This document shows, one piece after another, positions 1-8,673 of a stretch of 64,000 nt of DNA. Position 1 is the stretch's first letter. Each line of letters opens with the position of its first letter. Where the stretch lies: positions 612-64,611 of the forward strand of contig CAVUVG010000009.1 of NCBI GenBank assembly GCA_963744775.1, given 5' to 3'. The position numbers and the translations under genes are program-made. Origin of the DNA: Bryobacterales bacterium. Its GTDB lineage: Bacteria > Acidobacteriota > Terriglobia > Bryobacterales > Bryobacteraceae. The notes beneath the pieces are model-generated. The model made no database searches, was not told the DNA's origin, and was given only the letters and a program-made list of their open reading frames with translations.

Positions 1-867
1 CTTTGGGACATCAGGGGGAAGATCCTGGGTCTGCCTGTCTACAAAATGCTGGGCGGTCCCTACGATCCCCAAGGCGTCCGCGGCTATATCGGTGTTGGCG
101 GCAATCCCGAACAGCTTCGGAAATTACGAGAGAGTAATACTAACCTGGGAGTCACTTGCGTCAAATCCGGGTTGCCTTCCTATCTCGGGTGGATCGAGAC
201 CCACGCCAAGATCGACCAGGCGGTGCGCCAGATGCAAGGGCTGCGCGAAGCGCTGGGTCCCGACATCGACATCGCCATGGACTTCCATGGCAGGACCAGT
301 CCCAGCGTGGCGAGCGTCATCATCAAGGCGGTGGAGCCGCTAGGTCTTCTGTTTGTCGAGGAACCGATCCCTCCGGAAAACGTGAAGGCGCTGGCCAAGA
401 TTTCCAGGAGAACTTCAACACCGATCGCGACAGGTGAACGCGCAGTATCGCACTACGCCTGCCGGGAGCTGATCGAGATGGGCGTCGTGGACGTTCTACA
501 GCCGGACATCAATCACGTCGGCGGGATCACGGCGATGTGGAAAGTGGCCATGATGGCGTCCGTGTCGGGCATCACGATCTCGCCCCACGCCGCTGCGGGC
601 CCGATCGGCAAGATTGCTTCGCTGCATGTGGATTCCGCTATTCCAAATTTTCTGGTCCAGGAAGGCGCGCGTGCCAGCGGCACCAGCATTCTGGACGAGT
701 GGTTCGGATTCCCGGCCATGCTCATGGTGAACGGCAAATGTCCCCTGCCGGAGAAGCCCGGACTTGGATTTGAGCTGTCGGAGTCGGTCTTCGAGAAGTA
801 TGTGATCAACCGTCCCGCCCTGATGGGGCGCGCGTTTCTGGAAGACGGTTCGGTGGCGCAGAGGTGA
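1..867 (+). CDS. Enolase-superfamily dehydratase (mandelate racemase/muconate lactonizing family, galactonate-dehydratase-like); 5' end lies outside the window
   Basis: Frame 1 is open from base 1 (LWDIRGKILGLPVYKMLGGP...), in frame with listed ORF 46..867, stop TGA 865-867. Barrel-domain motifs of the family are present: DIAMDFHGR, LLFVEEP, ATGER, VDVLQPD, HVGGIT. Confidence 0.8.
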   Translation, partial: LWDIRGKILGLPVYKMLGGPYDPQGVRGYIGVGGNPEQLRKLRESNTNLGVTCVKSGLPSYLGWIETHAKIDQAVRQMQGLREALGPDIDIAMDFHGRTSPSVASVIIKAVEPLGLLFVEEPIPPENVKALAKISRRTSTPIATGERAVSHYACRELIEMGVVDVLQPDINHVGGITAMWKVAMMASVSGITISPHAAAGPIGKIASLHVDSAIPNFLVQEGARASGTSILDEWFGFPAMLMVNGKCPLPEKPGLGFELSESVFEKYVINRPALMGRAFLEDGSVAQR

Positions 868-871
868 GCTG

Positions 872-2098
872 ATGAGAGTGAAGACGAGCCGCAGAGAGTT
901 CCTTTCCGCGCTGGCGCTGGCGGGCGCGGCGCAGAGCGTGATGCCGGCGGCCTATGCCGCTCAGGCGAAGACGCTGAACCTGAAGATCACACAATTGAAG
1001 ACCTTCATAGTGGCCGGGGCCGGCGTCTTCGTTAAGGTCTATACGGACCAGGGACTGGTCGGGTTGGGTGAGGGCTCGATCACGAGCAAGGAACCGACGG
1101 TGGCCCAGGCCATCATGGAAAACGAACGGTTTCTGGTGGGCAAGGACCCCGCCGACATCGAGTTCCTGTACCAGGGCATGTTCCGCAACCCGAGGTGGCG
1201 CGGCGGGCCGATGCTCAACAGCGGGATCAGTGCCATAGAGATCGCGCTGTGGGACATCCTGGGCCAGGCGCTGGGCGTGCCGATCTACAAGCTGCTGGGC
1301 GGCGCGGCGCGGCAGCGAGTAAGGCTGTACCTGGATGTCAGCGGCTCCCCCGAGAACTTCTTAAAGGCCAAAGCCGCTGGCTTCACGGCGGCGAAGTCGG
1401 GCTTCATCACGGTTCAGAACCAGTTGGTGGAGCCACCGATGGCGGTTCGCGAGGCTGTAAGTAAGCTGGAGGCGGTGCGGAAGGCGGTTGGAGACGACTT
1501 CGACATCTGCATCGACGCCCACGGCCAACTGACTCCGGTGATGGCGGTGGAGTTCTGCACGCGGATCGAGGAACTGCGGCCGTTCTTCGTGGAAGAGGCG
1601 ACACAGATCGAGGACTTCGAGGAACTCGCCCACCTGCGCCAGAAGACGAAAGTGCCGCTGGCGACCGGGGAGCGCGCCTTCACCAAGTACGGTTTCACGG
1701 AGTTCTGCGAGCGCCACCTGGTGGATTACATCCAGCCCGACGTGTGTCACGCCGGGGGCATCCTGGAGTTGAAGAAGATCGGCGCCATCGCCGAGGCCCA
1801 CCGCGTGGAAATGTCCCCGCACAACCCGCAGGGCATCGTGAGCACGCTGGCGTCGATACACGTCAACGCGACCACACCCGCGGCGACGATTCTGGAGTAC
1901 TCAACCGGACGGCAGACCGGCTGGATGCTGGATCTGTTCAAGGGGACGTCCATCGCGATCAAGGATGGCTACGCGGAACTTCCGACCCGCCCAGGGCTGG
2001 GGGCCGAGCTGGATGAAGCGGTGGCGGCGAAGCACCCCTACAAGCCGGTAAACCGCCCCGGTTACCGTTTCGCCGACGGGGGCATCGCAGACTATTGA
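872..2098 (+). CDS. Enolase-superfamily (MR/MLE) enzyme with twin-arginine-type leader
   Basis: ATG 872 lies 4 nt after the previous stop. N-terminus is MRVKTSRREFLSALALAGAAQSVMPAAYA (RR-x-F-L plus hydrophobic stretch plus A-x-A). Family motifs: ALWDILG, DICIDAHGQ, FFVEEA, ATGER, DYIQPD. Confidence 0.8.
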   Translation: MRVKTSRREFLSALALAGAAQSVMPAAYAAQAKTLNLKITQLKTFIVAGAGVFVKVYTDQGLVGLGEGSITSKEPTVAQAIMENERFLVGKDPADIEFLYQGMFRNPRWRGGPMLNSGISAIEIALWDILGQALGVPIYKLLGGAARQRVRLYLDVSGSPENFLKAKAAGFTAAKSGFITVQNQLVEPPMAVREAVSKLEAVRKAVGDDFDICIDAHGQLTPVMAVEFCTRIEELRPFFVEEATQIEDFEELAHLRQKTKVPLATGERAFTKYGFTEFCERHLVDYIQPDVCHAGGILELKKIGAIAEAHRVEMSPHNPQGIVSTLASIHVNATTPAATILEYSTGRQTGWMLDLFKGTSIAIKDGYAELPTRPGLGAELDEAVAAKHPYKPVNRPGYRFADGGIADY

Positions 2099-2100
2099 GG

Positions 2101-3225
2101 CTACGCGCCGCGGCGTTGGCCGAAATTCGGGTCGGGCGTCAACGGCCCCATCCACTGCAGGTGCAGATTGATGTTGGGGTGCACCCTGTAGTTCCTCTTG
2201 AGCGCGGCGATGGTCTCGCCGCGCACGTCGATCCTGGCGATGTCATAGTTGCCCAGGCCGAACTGCTCGCAGTACTGCAAATAGCCGACCCACTTGGGCT
2301 CAATCCCCATGATCTCGGTCGCTACACGATCAGCCGCGATGTAATCCAGTGAGGCGAAGGCCACGCGATGCGGCACGGGCTGTCCCGAAACCGGGCCATC
2401 ACCTTCCATGCCCTCATAGCCGTCCACCACGGTGGCGCCCCAGAACGGCGCCATCTTCTGCGCCGCCAGGAGCAGGTTGTAGTTCATCTGGTGCGGGCCC
2501 ATGTGGAACTTCGTCTTGTCGGTCCAGCGCGAGTCCTTCCGGCCGCTGCGCAGCGTCCCACCCACCGCCATATTCTTGACCGCCGCCGTCATCACCACGG
2601 CGTTGTGCATCTTCGGGATGCAGGCGTCGAGGATGAAGGCGTCGGGATCCAGCAGCCGTTTGGCGACGCGAATCATCTGCGGGTGCACGTTGTAAGTCAG
2701 AATCCCCGCGGGCACATACAAGGCTTCGTCGTTCAGATCGATCAGGCTGACTTTCTGGGACCGGAACTCCTTGACAAGCTGGTTGTACTTGAAGTTGTCG
2801 TAGCCCTCCATGGTGTCGCCAGAGGCCGACTCGGCGATCACCACCGGGCCCTTGAACCGTGGCGCCAGGTAATCCAGGATGCCGCGGATCGTATCCGCGT
2901 GAGTCGATGCGAGCTGGATCGTCACGCTGGTCAGATTGGGCTTGATGAGCACGTACTTCTTGCGGTTCAAGGCGGGCCGCAGTTCCGCATCGATGCCCAT
3001 GAGGGCCTCGTAAACCATCTTGCGGCGGTTTTCGCCCTTCACCAGCGAGACAGTAGAGCGGCGCCTGCCACTGGGCGCCAGCGGCGGCGGTGGAAGGGTG
3101 AGTTTCGGCTCCGGGGGTTGCTGCGCCGCCAGAGGCACAGCGCCCGCCACTCCCAACGCTCCGGCGCTGGCCAAACGAAACAGGTTCCGGCGGGTAAGAT
3201 TGTCGTGCATTCTAAGCCTCCTCAA
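2101..3225 (-). CDS. DUF362 domain protein with twin-arginine-type leader
   Basis: 374-aa ORF. N-terminus has NLTRRNLFRLASAGALGVAGAVPLAAQ. The body (VLIKPNL..., PKMHNAVVMTAAVKNM) resembles DUF362 and the second DUF362-like gene at 48418..49404. Confidence 0.65.
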   Translation of the reverse strand: MRRLRMHDNLTRRNLFRLASAGALGVAGAVPLAAQQPPEPKLTLPPPPLAPSGRRRSTVSLVKGENRRKMVYEALMGIDAELRPALNRKKYVLIKPNLTSVTIQLASTHADTIRGILDYLAPRFKGPVVIAESASGDTMEGYDNFKYNQLVKEFRSQKVSLIDLNDEALYVPAGILTYNVHPQMIRVAKRLLDPDAFILDACIPKMHNAVVMTAAVKNMAVGGTLRSGRKDSRWTDKTKFHMGPHQMNYNLLLAAQKMAPFWGATVVDGYEGMEGDGPVSGQPVPHRVAFASLDYIAADRVATEIMGIEPKWVGYLQYCEQFGLGNYDIARIDVRGETIAALKRNYRVHPNINLHLQWMGPLTPDPNFGQRRGA

Positions 3226-4470
3226 TTACCAGTGCGTAACGGAGCCATCCGGCCGCAAGTAGAACAGCCGCCGCCCGGCCTCCGTCACCGAGCTGATGAA
3301 CTTGACCCGGTTCACATCCAGAGTGACGCCCAAGCCGGGCCGGTCATTGGTGTAGAGCCTGCCCTTGCGGAAGTCCAGGAACTCGGGCAGGTACTGGATG
3401 CCCCGGTCACCGTAATTGTACTCGAAAAGCACCGGGCCGGAGAACGTGGAGAGGCAGTGTACCAGGGCCGCCGTCGCAACCGGCCCCGTGAAATGCGGGA
3501 CGATTCCCACGGCATGCGTCTCGCACAGCGCCGCCACCTTCATCATCTCCGTGATCCCGCCGACATTGGGCAGCGTGGCGCGAATGTAGTCGATGTCGTG
3601 ATTCTCGATAAGCCGGTTGAAATCCCAGCGCTGGCCCCACTCCTCGCCGTGCGCCAGCGGGCAGATGGTCATCTGCCGCAGTTTGGGGATGTCCTGGAGC
3701 GCGTGCTCATCGCGCACCGGATCCTCTACCAGAAATGGTTCGTATTCCTCGATCAGCTTGCAGCAGCGCAGCGCGTCGGAGTAGTCGAACCTCTGGTGGA
3801 AATCGATGGCGAAGTCGCCTTTGCCGAGGCCTTCCCGCGCCGCCTTGCAGGCTTCGGCCACCAGGCGCACCCGCTCGCGGGAATTGTAGACGTTCTCGAT
3901 GATCGGAGTGGACCCGCCGGCGTCCATGCGATAGGCACGGAAGCCGGCCGCAATGGTTGCCGCGGCCGATTCCCGGATTCGGGCCAGTGGATCGGCGGCC
4001 GCCCCGGCGGGCCGCACATTGCCGGTGGAGTAGCACTCGCAGAAGTTGCGAAGCGAGCCGCCCAGGATCTGGTGGACTGGCGCGTTCAGGGCTTTGCCCT
4101 TGATGTCCCACAGGGCCAGGTCCATGGCGCCCTGCGCGTGTATCTTCTCCCGGCCCGGGGGGTAGAACCAGGAGATGTAGGTCTCCTGCCACAGGCGCTC
4201 GATCTGAAACGGATTCTGCCCGATCAGATTCCCGGCGCACTGTTCCAGGGTGTCCCGGGAGCCTCCTTCACCGACGCCCGTGATCCCGATGTCCGTCTCA
4301 ACCGTCACAAGCATGTTGCTCTGGTTGAACAGCCGGTTCACGTTCGGCGGCTCGTAGATATTGACCTTGGTGATTTTCGCCTTGGGCAGCGCCGCATCCA
4401 CCCGGCGCGGCCCAGCCAAACCGGCCACCGGAGCGGCGGCCAGTGATTTCAGAAAAGACCTTCGGAACAT
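3226..4470 (-). CDS. Enolase-superfamily (MR/MLE) enzyme with twin-arginine-type leader
   Basis: 414-aa ORF. N-terminus MFRRSFLKSLAAAPVAGLAG. Motifs ALWDIKGKAL, FAIDFHQR, FLVEDP, AHGEEW, IDYIRAT. It abuts the DUF362 start codon with no gap. Confidence 0.8.
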   Translation of the reverse strand: MFRRSFLKSLAAAPVAGLAGPRRVDAALPKAKITKVNIYEPPNVNRLFNQSNMLVTVETDIGITGVGEGGSRDTLEQCAGNLIGQNPFQIERLWQETYISWFYPPGREKIHAQGAMDLALWDIKGKALNAPVHQILGGSLRNFCECYSTGNVRPAGAAADPLARIRESAAATIAAGFRAYRMDAGGSTPIIENVYNSRERVRLVAEACKAAREGLGKGDFAIDFHQRFDYSDALRCCKLIEEYEPFLVEDPVRDEHALQDIPKLRQMTICPLAHGEEWGQRWDFNRLIENHDIDYIRATLPNVGGITEMMKVAALCETHAVGIVPHFTGPVATAALVHCLSTFSGPVLFEYNYGDRGIQYLPEFLDFRKGRLYTNDRPGLGVTLDVNRVKFISSVTEAGRRLFYLRPDGSVTHW

Positions 4471-4554
4471 CGCCCGACTCCTCTCAGATCTGCGCCCACA
4501 CCAGGGGCAAGTATACCGGAATCTGAATTGAAAGGCGGACGGGCCACGCCGTGA

Positions 4555-4659
4555 GACGTGCTACCAAGTGCAGGGAATCGGGGTAGTGTCACGGGCAGGG
4601 AAGGCTTACCGTTTGTCATTCAATGCCAGACGGAATATTTTGACGTGGATTATCATTGA
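4555..4659 (+). pseudogene. Probable relic of a HigB-type (plasmid maintenance system killer) toxin gene
   Basis: Short frame-1 ORF ends ...SAGNRGSVTGREGLPFVIQCQTEYFDVDYH, stop TGA 4657-4659, 7 nt before the higA ATG. It keeps the family's GNR...G.R.G and terminal DV..DYH signatures but lacks the N-terminal two thirds and the SIRINDQWRI core. Confidence 0.35.
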
Positions 4660-4666
4660 GGAAATC

Positions 4667-4975
4667 ATGGCGAAGAAATCTGCAAAGCTCCCACCGATTC
4701 ATCCCGGCGAAACGCTACGTGAGGACTTCCTGGAGCCACTTGGGCTCAGCGCAAATCGCCTCGCGATAGAACTCCATGTGCCGGTGACTCGAATCAACGA
4801 CATTACCCATGGCCGGCGATCCATTACGGCGGATACCGCCTTGCGCCTGTCGCGATATTTCGGCACGAGCCCTCAGTTTTGGATCAATCTGCAGACCAAC
4901 TTCGACATCGAGGTGGCATTGGACGCCTCGGCGATGTTGATCGACTCTCAAGTGAAACCGCGCCGGGCTGCCTGA
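4667..4975 (+). CDS. higA: HigA-family antitoxin (Xre-type HTH, addiction module antidote protein)
   Basis: MAKKSAKLPPIHPGETLREDFLEPLGLSANRLAIELHVPVTRINDITHGRRSITADTALRLSRYFGTSPQFWINLQ is a near-textbook HigA sequence. The internal ATG at 4667 was chosen over the upstream GTG 4568 of the listed ORF. Confidence 0.85.
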   Translation: MAKKSAKLPPIHPGETLREDFLEPLGLSANRLAIELHVPVTRINDITHGRRSITADTALRLSRYFGTSPQFWINLQTNFDIEVALDASAMLIDSQVKPRRAA

Positions 4976-5014
4976 TTTGATGCGGCGGAACAGAAACTGC
5001 TTGTGATTGGCCGC

Positions 5015-5710
5015 TCACACAACGGTTCCGAACACCGCGCCGACCCCAGCTGTCAGCGCCATGGCCAGTGCGCCCCAGAACAAAACGCGGATCGCGCCCA
5101 CCTTCAGGTCCGCGCCGCCCACATGTGCGGCTAAGCCTCCCAGGATGGCGAGGAATGCCAGTGAAGTGCCGGCGACCAGAGGTATGAGGCGCGCCTGCGC
5201 GACAATGGCAGCGATTAGAAGTGGCAGGGCGGCTCCAACGGCGAAGCTACCTGCTGACACCAACGCCGCCTGGATCGGACGCGCGCTCAGCGTATCGGTA
5301 ATGCCAAGTTCGTCCCGGGCATGTGCGCCGATCGCGTCATGAGCCATCAGTTGTTCGGCCACCTTCACCGCCAGATCGGGATCGAGCCCGCGAGCGACGT
5401 AGATTGCTGCCAATTCCTCGTGCTCGCTGTCGCCGTCTGTGTCGAGTTCCGCGCGTTCACGCGCGAGCTCCGCCCCCTCGGTGTCCGCCTGTGAGTGGAC
5501 AGACACATACTCACCGGCAGCCATAGACATTGCCCCAGCGACGAGTCCAGCGGTCCCCGCCACCATGATGTTGCTGTGGCTTGAGTTCGCCGCGGCCACA
5601 CCGAGTACCAGACTGGCCGTTGAAACGATTCCATCATTCGCACCCAATACCGCTGCACGAAGCCAGCCGATTCTTCCTGTGAGGTGACGCTCACCGTGGA
5701 GCACTGGCAT
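5015..5710 (-). CDS. VIT1/CCC1-family iron/manganese transporter
   Basis: MPVLHGERHLTGRIGWLRAAVLGANDGIVSTASLVLGVAAA is a typical family N-terminus, followed by C-terminal TM helices. AAGGGGGA lies upstream of ATG 5710. The listed ORF extends to 6001, but the extension looks like an unrelated gene relic. Confidence 0.8.
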   Translation of the reverse strand: MPVLHGERHLTGRIGWLRAAVLGANDGIVSTASLVLGVAAANSSHSNIMVAGTAGLVAGAMSMAAGEYVSVHSQADTEGAELARERAELDTDGDSEHEELAAIYVARGLDPDLAVKVAEQLMAHDAIGAHARDELGITDTLSARPIQAALVSAGSFAVGAALPLLIAAIVAQARLIPLVAGTSLAFLAILGGLAAHVGGADLKVGAIRVLFWGALAMALTAGVGAVFGTVV

Positions 5711-6097
5711 GGTTGAATCCCCCTTGTGCCGATCACCACCGATGATCCCACTGTTCGGAGGGCGCGGGCGCTTTTGCGATGCTGCCAACCTCACGCTGTG
5801 AGGATTCGAATGCCCGGTTTGGGGATCACCAATCTCGACCGCGGCGTTAAATCGTCGAACCCTGGCATGGTATTCCTGATACTCCTGCGCAAACAAAGAG
5901 CCAAGCGCGCGTTCTTCCGGTCCGATTTGGAAGTGGTTCATATATTTGCCTTTATCATCGACATTCCATGGGGCTGAAGGAACGGTGCGAACAAGCCCCA
6001 TTTTATGCGGGTCGCAATGCGAGAACTGAAGGCCCGACGACGCACTTGCTCCGCGTTGGCCGGCGAGGAACTGGGGGAGGCTGGGAGGCTCCGGCGG

Positions 6098-6490
6098 CTA
6101 TGGACGGGCGGGCCCAATGACGAGATCGAGGCCAGCGGCTTCGGCGAACGCACGGAAATCTCGGTCTCGCGTAAGAAGGGGAATCCCGTGATCGATACAG
6201 CTTTGAGCGATCAGTGCATCTCCAAGGCGCGCCTTACGGCGCTTTGCCAACACCTTCGCTCGCAGCTCGCCTGCCCGTTGCCAATAGCCAGGCTCGATCT
6301 CGATGAGCGGCAACTCTGAGAGAGCCCGTGAAACTTCTGAAGGAAGCTTCGGGTCACTGAACACCTCAGTGAGCACCACGGGCAGCATCAGCACTTGCCG
6401 GTCCAGGAGCGCTCTGTCGAGCAGTTCGGCGTCCTCGCCAGCGTCTCCTTGCAGGAATCCAATCCAGGTGCTGGTGTCGACGGCAATCAT
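6098..6490 (-). CDS. vapC: VapC PIN-domain toxin
   Basis: MIAVDTSTWIGFLQGD... and ...LLTRDRDF are PIN-domain signatures. The start overlaps the upstream antitoxin stop (ATGA, 6487-6490). Confidence 0.85.
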   Translation of the reverse strand: MIAVDTSTWIGFLQGDAGEDAELLDRALLDRQVLMLPVVLTEVFSDPKLPSEVSRALSELPLIEIEPGYWQRAGELRAKVLAKRRKARLGDALIAQSCIDHGIPLLTRDRDFRAFAEAAGLDLVIGPARP

Positions 6491-6690
6491 CGGTCGGCCT
6501 TCAGATCAGCTAATGTACGACTGAAATGAACCTTGCCCCGTAGTTGGCGCAGCCGCGCATAGGCGTGCGACGCTGCAACTAGCTGCAGACCGGTACGAAC
6601 GGTTTGGGTGATGCCGCTACCGCTAGCTCGTTGTGCCTTTTCGAGAAGTTCCGGCGGCACCTCGACGGTGATCTTGCGCGCTGTTTCCAT
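6487..6690 (-). CDS. vapB: VapB-like antitoxin (small ribbon-helix-helix-type protein)
   Basis: 67-aa ORF directly upstream of vapC and 4-nt overlapped with it. ITVEVPPELLEKAQRASGSGITQTVRTGLQLV resembles RHH-type antitoxins. Confidence 0.6.
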   Translation of the reverse strand: METARKITVEVPPELLEKAQRASGSGITQTVRTGLQLVAASHAYARLRQLRGKVHFSRTLADLKADR

Positions 6691-6863
6691 GACGCCTCAA
6701 TATACCATATATGGCACCAGCATTTAATATGGCCTTGCCACGTGGCGCGCCTGCGACAGGATTGAAGACACAGTGAGCCGGAATGTGTTCTTGAGGTCGG
6801 TCAGGGGCGGGACCTGCCCCCATGAATGGCGTAGGGCGAGCCGCCGTAGAGCCAAAAAAGAGG

Positions 6864-6939
<76 letters not shown>

Positions 6940-7094
6940 GTGGAGCGGCTTTTGTCATTACACCAAACCCGCTTTCGCGCTGTCAAATCCAGCGGGGGCA
7001 GGCCGGCATCGCCTGCCCGGCCGTAACCCCGTCCCCCGGTTGACCGTCTCATCTGTCGAAACTCAACCACACGATCAGAGGGAGGCACAAACCG

Positions 7095-7763
7095 ATGAAG
7101 CGCATCCTGGTTGCTGGCGGTCTTGTTCTGGCGACTGCTTTCGTGGCTTTCAATCAACGCGGTCCGCGAGGCGGCTTCCGTGGCGGCTATGGGACGGAAA
7201 GCCTGCCGCAGGCTAGCTCGGAGTCTGAAAAGAAGGTGCTGGCCGTCCTGGGTGAGGCACCAACGGCCGGCGCGATGTTCCAAAACGTTCCGGTCGCCGA
7301 CGGCCGCATGCTGCGTTTGCTGACGGAAGCGGCAGGGGCTAAGAACGTCGTGGAAGTCGGCACGTCCACCGGCCTCTCCGGCCTCTGGCTTTGCCTCGCC
7401 CTTCAGAAGACGGGCGGCAAGCTGACCACCTTCGAATACGACGCAGGCCGGGCGGCCACCGCCCGGGGGCACTTCAAAAAGGCCGGCGTCGATCAACTCG
7501 TCACGATTGTCGAGGGCGACGCCCATCAGACCATCTCCCGCCTGAAAGAGCCGATCGACGTCGTGTTCATCGATGCGGACAAGGACGGTTACGTAGACTA
7601 TCTGAACAAACTGTTGCCGCTGGTGCGGCCAGGCGGTTTGATTCTGGCGCACAACGTGGATCAGGCCGACGCATACGTCAAGCAGGCCACCGCCACTCCC
7701 GCGCTGGAGACGCTGTTCTACATGGACGGCGGGGGGCTGGCCATCTCGCTAAAGAAACGCTAG
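7095..7763 (+). CDS. Class I SAM-dependent O-methyltransferase (family 3, caffeoyl-CoA OMT-like) with N-terminal hydrophobic anchor
   Basis: VVEVGTSTGLSGLWL (SAM motif I), IDVVFIDADKDGYVDY and VRPGGLILAHNV match the family. N-terminus MKRILVAGGLVLATAFVAF is hydrophobic. Confidence 0.8.
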   Translation: MKRILVAGGLVLATAFVAFNQRGPRGGFRGGYGTESLPQASSESEKKVLAVLGEAPTAGAMFQNVPVADGRMLRLLTEAAGAKNVVEVGTSTGLSGLWLCLALQKTGGKLTTFEYDAGRAATARGHFKKAGVDQLVTIVEGDAHQTISRLKEPIDVVFIDADKDGYVDYLNKLLPLVRPGGLILAHNVDQADAYVKQATATPALETLFYMDGGGLAISLKKR

Positions 7764-7836
7764 CGGCGGGCACGGTCGGGAAGTGCGTGCCAAGGCTTCT
7801 GATGTATGCTGAGAGCTACGGCAAGGAGTTGTGCGC

Positions 7837-8673
7837 ATGAATCGTTTGAACTTGTTTTCCATCTTCTTCCTTCTGACCGTCGCCCTGTGCACGGCCCAGA
7901 CCCCTGACTGCAAGCTGGCGCCCGGATGGTCGCAGGACGGCCCACTGCGGACCTTCGAGTCCGATAACCTGTTTGAGTACATGGACGGCAACGCCGAGGG
8001 CTACCTGATCTACAGCTTCCTCAAGATGAACGGGGTCACGTGCAAGTCCGGCGAGGTGACGCTGGTGTTCGACGTTTCCGAGATGACCGACCCGGAATCG
8101 GCCTACGGCATTTTCATGTCCAACCGCGATCCGCGCATCCCCGTCCAGAAGATCGGCACGGCGGCGCAGATTCAGCCGCGGAGAGGCATGTTCGTCAAAG
8201 ACAAATATTTCGTCGAAATCGCGGCCAATCCCGAGGGCGACCATACGGCGGCCCTTCGAGCTTTCCTGACGGCCATGGAGAAGAACGTTCCGGGGCAGTC
8301 CGGCCTGCCGGAGATGCTGACATGGTTCCCCACCGAGAAGCTGGATGCGACCTCCATGCGCCTGGTGCCGCAAAGCGTGTTGGGCCTCGGGCTGCTCCGC
8401 AGGGGCTACGTGGCGCAGTATGAGTACGGAAAGGCGTTCATCGTAACCGAAGCCTCCCCGGAAGCGGCTGCCGCGGTCATGAAGAAAGCCAGCGCGCGTT
8501 TCGGGCAGACCCAACCCGTGAAGGTGGGCGACGAAGCTTTTCAGATTGCCGACAAGTACCTGGGGCGCCTTTGCTTCTTCCGCAAGGGGAAGTACGTCGC
8601 GGGCTTTGCCAATGTGACGGAACCAACCGATCCCGTCGCGTCGGCCGGGGCGCTCGCCGCTAAGATGCCGTAG
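7837..8673 (+). CDS. Secreted hypothetical protein; shares a domain with the C-terminus of the polyferredoxin at 50644..51050
   Basis: AAGGAG lies 8 nt before ATG 7837. Signal-like MNRLNLFSIFFLLTVALCTAQ. Motif NLFEYMDGNAEGYLIYSF parallels DLWEYIDGAADN in the other gene. Confidence 0.55.
   Translation: MNRLNLFSIFFLLTVALCTAQTPDCKLAPGWSQDGPLRTFESDNLFEYMDGNAEGYLIYSFLKMNGVTCKSGEVTLVFDVSEMTDPESAYGIFMSNRDPRIPVQKIGTAAQIQPRRGMFVKDKYFVEIAANPEGDHTAALRAFLTAMEKNVPGQSGLPEMLTWFPTEKLDATSMRLVPQSVLGLGLLRRGYVAQYEYGKAFIVTEASPEAAAAVMKKASARFGQTQPVKVGDEAFQIADKYLGRLCFFRKGKYVAGFANVTEPTDPVASAGALAAKMP

Noticed and set aside
2368-4446. 692-aa plus-strand ORF, among the longest in the track
   Set aside because: It lies antisense to the DUF362 gene and the enolase-superfamily gene, both of which have clear family motifs. 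Its translation is Arg/Gly/His/Pro-rich with no recognisable motif. This is a typical shadow ORF of GC-rich DNA.
4471-4500. Possible att-like repeat of the tRNA-Asn 3' end (GACTCCTCTCAG versus GGCTCCTCAGG)
   Set aside because: The match is only about 9 nt with a gap, easily expected by chance, and there is no integrase nearby. It is noted only as something to test computationally.
5711-6000. Metal-sensing riboswitch (yybP-ykoY type) upstream of the VIT1 transporter, and likewise upstream of mntH (58244-58347)
   Set aside because: I could not find the conserved GGGGAGUAG or GACA elements or a convincing four-helix layout in either leader. The VIT1 upstream region is better explained as a gene relic.
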